NCBI GenBank assembly: GCA_038065415.1
Contig: JBBTRA010000012.1
Span: forward strand, 1-37,630
Length of the DNA stretch: 37,630 nt
Source of the DNA: Patescibacteria group bacterium
Lineage (GTDB): Bacteria > Patescibacteriota > Minisyncoccia > Phycocordibacterales > PALSA-1337
Reading direction: 5' to 3'
The translations under genes were made by a program, and so were the position numbers. Of this stretch, positions 16,309 through 24,488 are shown piece after piece; within the stretch, counting starts at the first letter, position 1; each line of letters opens with the position of its first letter. The notes below the pieces were generated by a model. That model was not told the origin of the DNA, searched no databases, and saw nothing but the letters and a program-made list of their open reading frames with translations.

Positions 16309-17370
16309 ATGATCATCCTCGGTATCGAAACATCCTGCGACGAGACAGCTCTCGCGCTCATAGAAACACGTCAGACCGACGGGGTATTCGAATGTCGCGT
16401 CCTTGCTTCCCTCATACATTCTCAGGCCGATCTCCATAGCCCATATGGTGGTGTATTCCCCACTCTCGCCAAGCGTGAGCACGAAAAGCACCTTGAGCCA
16501 CTCCTGGACAAGCTCCTCGCCTCACAGCCTACCAAGCCCCGTATTGACGCTATAGCGGTCACCGAGGGCCCAGGCCTCGAACCTGCCCTTTGGACCGGTA
16601 TCGTCTTTGCGGAGAAACTCGGAGCAGAATGGAAGGTCCCCATCATACCAGTCAACCATATGGAGGGTCACATCGTTGGGTCACTCATCGAATCTGATAC
16701 ACCTGGGGGAGCATGGCAAAAACTCAAGGATCTCCCCCTTCCATCTCTTGCACTTCTCATCAGCGGTGGGCACACGGAACTCGTACGCATTGATTCTCTT
16801 TTTCACTACGCTATCATCGGTGCAACCAAGGATGACGCTGTCGGCGAAGCCTTCGACAAAGTAGCTCGTCTCCTCGGTCTGCCCTATCCCGGTGGCCCTC
16901 ATATATCAAAGCTTGCGGATGAAGCACGCAAAGACGGCCTCGCCTCTTCTGTCAAACTTCCCCGCCCCATGATCCACAGCAAAGATCTTCATTTCTCATT
17001 TTCAGGACTCAAAACTGCCGTCCTCTATGCTGTCCGCGATGCAGAAAAAGCAGGTATTTTTGATGATGTCTTCAAGAAGAGTTTGGCTCGAGAATTTGAA
17101 GATGCAATCGTTGAAACACTCGATACCAAGCTCCGCTCGGCGATCGAAGAGACCGGCGCTCAGTCACTCATCATAGGAGGCGGGGTCAGTGCCAACCGCA
17201 TGCTCCGCGAACAATTCACGATCATTGCAACAGAGTTTGGTATACCACTGTATATGCCATCCCCACACATTTCTGGTGACAATGCCCTCATGATAGCGCT
17301 CGCTGGAGCATTGAATGGAACTCCTTCAAACAAACTTCGTGCCCACGGCACCAAGAAACTAGGTTCGTAG
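16309..17370 (+). CDS. tsaD: tRNA N6-adenosine threonylcarbamoyltransferase TsaD (Kae1/Gcp family)
   Basis: MIILGIETSCDETALALIE, VFPTLAKREHEKHL, AIAVTEGPGLEP, PVNHMEGHI, ISGGHTEL and GDNALMIA. The ORF-track start at 16246 overlaps tRNA-Val, so the start was trimmed to the ATG at 16309. Confidence 0.9.
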   Translation: MIILGIETSCDETALALIETRQTDGVFECRVLASLIHSQADLHSPYGGVFPTLAKREHEKHLEPLLDKLLASQPTKPRIDAIAVTEGPGLEPALWTGIVFAEKLGAEWKVPIIPVNHMEGHIVGSLIESDTPGGAWQKLKDLPLPSLALLISGGHTELVRIDSLFHYAIIGATKDDAVGEAFDKVARLLGLPYPGGPHISKLADEARKDGLASSVKLPRPMIHSKDLHFSFSGLKTAVLYAVRDAEKAGIFDDVFKKSLAREFEDAIVETLDTKLRSAIEETGAQSLIIGGGVSANRMLREQFTIIATEFGIPLYMPSPHISGDNALMIALAGALNGTPSNKLRAHGTKKLGS

Positions 17371-17377
17371 AAGGCAA

Positions 17378-17411
17378 AAGAAAACCGCACCATATGGTGC
17401 GGTTTTCTTTT
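17378..17411. terminator. Bidirectional terminator between tsaD and the convergent secreted-protein gene
   Basis: AAAACCGCACCAtaTGGTGCGGTTTT palindrome flanked by A and T runs. Confidence 0.85.
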
Positions 17412-17428
17412 TGAATCGATCTTCAGTA

Positions 17429-18370
17429 TTACCTAAAGAGACTCTTGATGAAGTCCCAGAAGCGAGAGAGGACTGATGCCTCGCCAGCTGCCGCAACATT
17501 ATCATTGTCATCCAAAACATCTGCACCGACGGTACCGAGATTCGTTGATCCATTTGATCCAACCTCTACGCCAGTCGCCTGGTCCGAGGTGCGAGCCTTG
17601 TATGCTTCGATGATAGCTCTCTCCTCAGCGGAAAGAACGACTGGTGATGCACATGCAAGAGCGTTGATCTTCTTGGTAGTCGTTATGTAGACGAAGCCAG
17701 TAGGACGTGTAGCATCCCATGGTCCGAGAATATCAGAGAGATATTTCTTCTGGAACGCTTTGACTGCGTCTTCTGTCTTCTGATCGAAGATACCATTAAC
17801 AGTTACGTCAGCCTTCTGATTTGCCCTGAGGAAAATCTGGAGGTTCGTGACCTGAACTGGATTATTCGTACCGCCGAACTTGAGATAGTCGGTGATGAGC
17901 GGGCATGAGGTGGTAGCCGCGCCGAGAACTGTCGGAGTGTAGACGATCGATCCGCTAGAACCGTTGCCTGAAGACCTGTTCGATCCTGAAGGCGATCCAC
18001 CGTTTCCTGGTGTACCACCGTTGCCTCCTGGTCCATTGGTATCACCCGGATTAACCGTGGTATCATCGTCGCCGTTGGTCACTGTGCCAGGTGATCCACC
18101 ACCACCGTTGTTTGGTTGATTGGTTACTCCATCATCATCCCCATTGGTGACTGTACCTGATGTGCCAACATTGCCGTTGCCACCAGCTGGATTTGCATTC
18201 GAATCATCCCCGCCATTTGTAACATCGCCGGTTGTGCCCGCGTTGGTACTTGCCGCTGCAGAAGCTGTGTCATCACTGCCATTCGTGGTATCCGCCAATA
18301 CGGGAGACACAAAAACGAAGGCAAAAAATGCCATAGCTGCCAAAAATACTATATTAAAGCTCTTATTCAT
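17429..18370 (-). CDS. Secreted protein with an N-terminal G/N/D/T-rich repeat region and a C-terminal peptidoglycan-binding-like domain
   Basis: Signal peptide MNKSFNIVFLAAMAFFAFVFVSPVLA. Degenerate repeats are centred on (G)TVTNGDDD / DVTNGGDD. The C-terminal LQIFLRANQKADVTVNGIFDQKTEDAVKAFQKKY resembles the PG_binding_1 helix pattern. Confidence 0.7.
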   Translation of the reverse strand: MNKSFNIVFLAAMAFFAFVFVSPVLADTTNGSDDTASAAASTNAGTTGDVTNGGDDSNANPAGGNGNVGTSGTVTNGDDDGVTNQPNNGGGGSPGTVTNGDDDTTVNPGDTNGPGGNGGTPGNGGSPSGSNRSSGNGSSGSIVYTPTVLGAATTSCPLITDYLKFGGTNNPVQVTNLQIFLRANQKADVTVNGIFDQKTEDAVKAFQKKYLSDILGPWDATRPTGFVYITTTKKINALACASPVVLSAEERAIIEAYKARTSDQATGVEVGSNGSTNLGTVGADVLDDNDNVAAAGEASVLSRFWDFIKSLFR

Positions 18371-18442
18371 GGGTATATTCTTAACTCTGTTACTACCTGA
18401 TAATACTGTGTCAAGCTATCATACATATCAAATATTGTCAAG

Positions 18443-18470
18443 AAAAAAGCAGCCTTCGTGAGAAGGCTGC
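18443..18470 (-). terminator. Intrinsic terminator of the 363-aa secreted-protein gene
   Basis: The minus strand reads GCAGCCTTC-tcac-GAAGGCTGC followed by TTTTTT. Confidence 0.85.
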
Positions 18471-18488
18471 TGAAAGGGACTACTTGCG

Positions 18489-19580
18489 TTACTGGACTCT
18501 CATTCTGAGCCGGAAGTACTTCTCCGGAGTCGAGTTCGTGACGTCAAACGTCCTTCCGGTGTAAAATGTCTGCCCTTGGAGCAATTCCCAGGGCGCATTC
18601 ACCAGATTAGTGGCTGACAAAAGATCATAGAGGGCGTGTACCTGACCACCATCAACCCCGATCCGAATGAGCGGATCTGTGTTATCAACTATCCAGAGGC
18701 GAGACTTAGCTGCAAAAACAGTTTGGCTTGCCACAGGATCAACAACACCCGTTCGGATCAACTCGGCCTTAAAGGTTTGATCCATTAAGGCGAACTGGGA
18801 ACGAATGGATGAGTATTCTGATGGATTGCTGATAGTAATGACCGCCGTAGCGCCAAAACGTACCCACCAGTGATATTGGACAACTGAAGGTGATTGGCCC
18901 GCGTCATATACTGCATCATCACCGCCGGCGACCCATTTACCTTGAGCAGGATCGTAGGCCGACTCGCAAACCCCATTAGTGCCAAAATTGACACCTACAA
19001 AGTTTGAATTGAATGCAATTTCAACCCCGGCAGTATTCGTCCCGACGGGGAAAAATGCTGCGGGGATATTGGTGATGGTTGTTGTTATCCGACACCAGTA
19101 TGCACTCACCGGCGAAGTTCCCGCCGCATGCACAACAATCCGATTACCCCACTCTCCACCCGTAGCAACATTAGTGAGCGAACTGCTCCCCATATAGCTG
19201 TGGAAATTCGTGGAGGTGGTGACTGCATCGAACCATTGCAATCCTTGCGGTTGAGCCTGCGGAATCCGATACCAAGCCGCGGGATTGTTGATGCGATCCG
19301 TTGGAACCGTACCGACACCCGCGAGTCCCGCCATCGTATTACGCTGACTTTGAGCCAGGTTCGTCGAGGCCGAAGCGCACAACGAAGAGATCAGAACCGC
19401 ATCCTGCCCTACCCATGGGGCAGTGGCCGGATCGAGGTTGAGAATACCCGGAGTTTGTCCCACAAGGGATTTGAACCGAAGCGCGGAGACGACATCATCG
19501 TCACCATTCGCTACATTCATAGTAGCAGCCGACATTGAACATGCGCAGAAAAGCGCAGCCATCACAAGGATTTTTTTCAT
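18489..19580 (-). CDS. Hypothetical secreted protein (363 aa), elevated GC
   Basis: The start is placed at MKKILVMAALFCACSMSAATM (signal peptide). The ORF-track start at 19628 is a GTG. The rest is rich in G/T/N/W, probably beta-rich, and ends in ...EKYFRLRMRVQ. I recognised no family. Confidence 0.65.
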   Translation of the reverse strand: MKKILVMAALFCACSMSAATMNVANGDDDVVSALRFKSLVGQTPGILNLDPATAPWVGQDAVLISSLCASASTNLAQSQRNTMAGLAGVGTVPTDRINNPAAWYRIPQAQPQGLQWFDAVTTSTNFHSYMGSSSLTNVATGGEWGNRIVVHAAGTSPVSAYWCRITTTITNIPAAFFPVGTNTAGVEIAFNSNFVGVNFGTNGVCESAYDPAQGKWVAGGDDAVYDAGQSPSVVQYHWWVRFGATAVITISNPSEYSSIRSQFALMDQTFKAELIRTGVVDPVASQTVFAAKSRLWIVDNTDPLIRIGVDGGQVHALYDLLSATNLVNAPWELLQGQTFYTGRTFDVTNSTPEKYFRLRMRVQ

Positions 19581-19682
19581 TATTTGTCTTTTGTTTTCAG
19601 AGCGACGAGCGACATGACCGACGGCCACATTGAGCCATCTTGGGGAGTCATGTCCACTCTACCGCAAAACCAGTCTGTACCC

Positions 19683-19711
19683 TTTATAGCAGGAAGTTGT
19701 AAAAATGTCAA
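19683..19711 (-). promoter_or_regulatory. Near-consensus promoter (TTGACA-17-TGcTATAAA) for the 363-aa secreted-protein gene
   Basis: On the minus strand, TTGACA is the complement of 19706-19711 and TATAAA the complement of 19683-19688. This leaves a 5' UTR of about 95 nt. Confidence 0.6.
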
Positions 19712-19731
19712 TGCCATGCTATATTTCATGG

Positions 19732-19816
19732 CGCCTGAGAACAAAGGCATTTCTTCGCCAACTCATACCGTGTGAGGCGGAGATTATAGGAGGGTCCCTG
19801 TCGGACCCTCCTTTTT
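19732..19816 (+). ncRNA. Candidate small RNA or attenuator defined by an orphan promoter and a textbook terminator
   Basis: A plus-strand TTGTAA (19697-19702)-17-TATATT (19720-19725) element is followed about 65 nt later by GGAGGGTCC-ctgtc-GGACCCTCC + TTTTT (19789-19816). No plus-strand gene lies upstream that this terminator could serve. Confidence 0.4.
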
Positions 19817-19876
19817 ACTTACCTCGAACACGATATCCCCGTGTCTCTGGCGCTCTATTTGCTATACTTATCACAT

Positions 19877-20566
19877 ATGTCAGCATCTGCTCTCTTCTAT
19901 GCCCTTCTTTCGGGTATCCTCCCCGCCCTGGTTTGGCTCTGGTTCTGGCTCCGTGAGGACCGCATCCATCCCGAGCCAAAACCTCTTCTGGCAGCAGCGT
20001 TCTTCGCCGGATTCTGCGCAGTGGCGGCGGCCGTTATCGCAGAACAATATATAGCCACAGTGGTCAGTGATGCCAATCTACGCTACACACTGTGGGCAGG
20101 TGTGGAGGAAGTCTTCAAATTCATCGCCGTTGCACTCGTAGCTCTTCATACCCAGGCCAATGATGAGCCGATAGACGCTATGGCCTACTGCATCACCACT
20201 GCACTTGGATTTGCTGCGCTTGAAAATGCACTTTTCATCATGGGACCGCTCTCTGACGGTGAAATCGCCCGCGCCATCGTCACCGGGAACATGCGTTTCA
20301 TCGGGGCCATGCTTGTTCACGTGGTGAGTTCAGCCGCCGTGGGTTTTGCCTTGGGATTTGTCTTCTACAAAGGCTGGCTCGCGAGGATCGTTGCTGCGAT
20401 CATCGGCTTGGGTGTAGCTATATCGATCCACGCAGCTTTCAATATATCCATCGTCAACGCAGACTCTTCGGACACTCTACGCACCTTCGCTTGGATATGG
20501 GGCGCAGTAGTAGTGCTCATCATCCTCTTTGAGGAAGTCAAAGTCGTACGACCAAAACTCTGGTGA
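19877..20566 (+). CDS. prsW: PrsW-family intramembrane metalloprotease
   Basis: A polytopic protein with WLWFWLREDRIHPEP, GVEEVFKF (EExxK), FAALENALF and a later HxxxxA region. The ATG at 19877 is preferred over the GTG at 19841 because a TATACT box ends 8 nt upstream of it. Confidence 0.8.
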   Translation: MSASALFYALLSGILPALVWLWFWLREDRIHPEPKPLLAAAFFAGFCAVAAAVIAEQYIATVVSDANLRYTLWAGVEEVFKFIAVALVALHTQANDEPIDAMAYCITTALGFAALENALFIMGPLSDGEIARAIVTGNMRFIGAMLVHVVSSAAVGFALGFVFYKGWLARIVAAIIGLGVAISIHAAFNISIVNADSSDTLRTFAWIWGAVVVLIILFEEVKVVRPKLW

Positions 20567-20704
20567 TGAAAATTGGTTATCCCACCAGGGGATTGCTCCG
20601 TTCACGGGTTATACACATGATAGTAACCTTTAGTAATCTTTCCATGTGAGCGCGTTTGTCATATAATAAGAACAAATCTTTACTAAACCTTACGACACAT
20701 CCTT

Positions 20705-21166
20705 ATGTCCAAACAAAAGAGATCATTTTTCGAGAGGCTGACCGGCACCGTCCGCATGGACGATGAGGCAGAGGTGAAGCCTGTCAAAAAATCCTCCGAT
20801 GAATCCTCTTCATGGGTAGATGAGGAATCTGACAAAGACGCCGAGCTCACCGTCGACGTCTACCAGACTGCAGATATGATCGTGGTCAAGGCCATGATCG
20901 CGGGCGTACGCCCCGAGGACCTCGATGTCTCTATCACTCGTGACCTCGTGACCATCCGCGGCACTCGCGAAGAGGAGCGTACCGCCAACGATGATGATTT
21001 CTTTGTGCGCGAACTCTACTGGGGATCATTCTCGCGTGCTATCCAGCTCCCTGAAGAGATCGATGTGGATGAGGCAGAGGCCGTCGAGAAGCATGGCCTT
21101 CTCATACTGAAACTTCCGAAGCTCGACAAGAAGAGACAGTCAAAATTGAAGGTCAAGACGGTATAA
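20705..21166 (+). CDS. Hsp20/alpha-crystallin-family small heat-shock protein
   Basis: The core is LTVDVYQTADMIVVKAMIAGVRPEDLDVSITRDLVTIRGTREEE...FSRAIQLPEEIDVDEAEAVEKHGLLILKLPK, which is a typical ACD. Confidence 0.85.
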   Translation: MSKQKRSFFERLTGTVRMDDEAEVKPVKKSSDESSSWVDEESDKDAELTVDVYQTADMIVVKAMIAGVRPEDLDVSITRDLVTIRGTREEERTANDDDFFVRELYWGSFSRAIQLPEEIDVDEAEAVEKHGLLILKLPKLDKKRQSKLKVKTV

Positions 21167-21184
21167 AAATTTCAAGAAGTAAAA

Positions 21185-21209
21185 AACGGCAGTCTACCAG
21201 ACTGCCGTT
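21185..21209. terminator. Hairpin terminator between convergent hsp20 and GNAT genes
   Basis: AACGGCAGTCT-acc-AGACTGCCGTT. An A-run on the plus-strand 5' side gives a T-run for the minus-strand GNAT transcript. Confidence 0.75.
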
Positions 21210-21220
21210 CGCGTTTCTAC

Positions 21221-21811
21221 TTACTTTTTCTTCTGATACGCCTCATACTTCGGGAGCCACTCGGACTTGAACATCCCGTGGATGATCTCATCCCAGTAGC
21301 GTCCATCGAAGAAGTACTCTTCACGCATGCGCCCTTCGATCTTGAAACCACAAGACCTGGCACAGGCGAGACTTCTCTCGTTAAAGGACTTAGCCATCCA
21401 CTCAATTTTGCGGAGATTGAGCGTATTGAATGCATACTCTATCAGTGTCATCGAGGCATCTTTCCCAAAGCCACTGCTCTGGTATTTCTCTTCCCCGATG
21501 ATGATGCCGACCGTGCCAATGCGTTCTACCCAGTTGATTCCAAGGCCGATATTGCCGATAGGAACACCCTTCACCTGAATAATCAGTGCGACGAGATCTT
21601 TCTCCTGCGAATGTATCCGATTGAGCCAATCCTGCTCATTTTTTTCATTGGCAGGCATGGTTCGTGTGACATACTTCCTGATTTCTGGATCATTGATCCA
21701 CTTCACGAGATATGGGATATCCTTCTCGGAGTATGGACGGAGCGTGACTTTCCTGCCGCGCAGGAAAACCAAGTCACTGAGAGTTGGTACGGTGAGCGTC
21801 TGTTTTTTCAT
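21221..21811 (-). CDS. GNAT-family N-acetyltransferase (RimJ/RimL-like)
   Basis: LRPYSEKDIPYLVKWINDPEIRKY, PIGNIGL and SSGFGKDASMTLIEYAFNTLNLRKIEWMAKSFNERSLACARSCGFKIEG. This is the Acetyltransf_3-like pattern. Confidence 0.8.
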   Translation of the reverse strand: MKKQTLTVPTLSDLVFLRGRKVTLRPYSEKDIPYLVKWINDPEIRKYVTRTMPANEKNEQDWLNRIHSQEKDLVALIIQVKGVPIGNIGLGINWVERIGTVGIIIGEEKYQSSGFGKDASMTLIEYAFNTLNLRKIEWMAKSFNERSLACARSCGFKIEGRMREEYFFDGRYWDEIIHGMFKSEWLPKYEAYQKKK

Positions 21812-21875
21812 ATGTTTGTATGTGGTTACCGATGTACTAGTACTCTAGAATCATCTCGAGACTGACTGAAGGTGC

Positions 21876-21911
21876 GGAAAACAAAATCCCGACTTTCACT
21901 CAGTCGGGATT
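21876..21911 (-). terminator. Intrinsic terminator (minus strand) in the gyrB-GNAT spacer
   Basis: The minus strand reads AATCCCGAC-tgagtgaaa-GTCGGGATT followed by TTGTTTT. Confidence 0.7.
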
Positions 21912-21936
21912 GGTCTAACATTACAGAGGTAACAGA

Positions 21937-22050
21937 TTAGACGACTCTCAACTGAAGAAAAGCGTGCATATATGCAGGCATAGAAAGGACCGCGATGGTA
22001 TTACCACAGCGATACTGGTTCTTCGAGTTGTTCGTCCACTGTTTGAACAT
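21937..22050 (-). CDS. Candidate leaderless micro-ORF (37 aa)
   Basis: Read by hand: MFKQWTNNSKNQYRCGNTIAVLSMPAYMHAFLQLRVV. It is preceded by TTGCTC-17-TATAAA, with the -10 ending 6 nt before the ATG. A terminator follows 25 nt after the stop. Confidence 0.3.
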   Translation of the reverse strand: MFKQWTNNSKNQYRCGNTIAVLSMPAYMHAFLQLRVV

Positions 22051-22130
22051 GGTATTTTTATACCATGCATATGAAAAAAGAGCAATCCCATGTATCCACA
22101 GCGGCTGCCCTTCTCCAGTCTACTTTGAGG

Positions 22131-24293
<2,163 letters not shown>

Positions 24294-24322
24294 TTATAGC
24301 AGAAACGGGCTTGTCCCGCCTC

Positions 24323-24351
24323 TTGATTTTGCATAGGTATTGTGCTATAAT
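24323..24351 (+). promoter_or_regulatory. Near-consensus plus-strand promoter (TTGATT-17-TGcTATAAT) with no plus-strand gene downstream
   Basis: -35 at 24323-24328, a 17-nt spacer, and an extended -10 at 24343-24351. It is divergent from the gyrB -10 (complement of 24293-24298). Confidence 0.55.
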
Positions 24352-24357
24352 TCTTGA

Positions 24358-24486
24358 GTAGTGCCTAGAACGATGAGCTCCTTACTGGCGTAGAGGGTTT
24401 CGGACCAGAACAGGACCGCGCTTCGAAGCATTGCGCAAGGTGTTATACTAAAACCCTCACAGGCTGCTGAAAAGTGGCCTGTTTTT
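24358..24486 (+). ncRNA. Candidate ~130-nt small RNA between gyrB and pheT
   Basis: It starts about 7 nt after the TATAAT. An internal 8-bp stem GAGGGTTT (24393-24400) / AAACCCTC (24451-24458) encloses a GCGC...GCGC hairpin. It ends with ACAGGC-(12 nt)-GCCTGT + TTTTT (24459-24486). There is no credible ORF. Confidence 0.4.
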
Positions 24487-24488
24487 AT

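Noticed and set aside
22092-22100. A DnaA-box-like 9-mer GTATCCACA near gyrB, raising the possibility of oriC.
   Set aside because: It is a single imperfect box. There is no cluster, no AT-rich unwinding element, and no dnaA or dnaN nearby.
24401-24440. SRP (4.5S) RNA helix-8 resemblance: ACCAGAACAGGACCG ... GAAGCA ... AAGG.
   Set aside because: I could not form the symmetric loop (AGG/AGCA) around a GNRA tetraloop. The local fold is instead ACC-GCGC-loop-GCGC-AA-GGU. It is kept only as an unclassified sRNA candidate.
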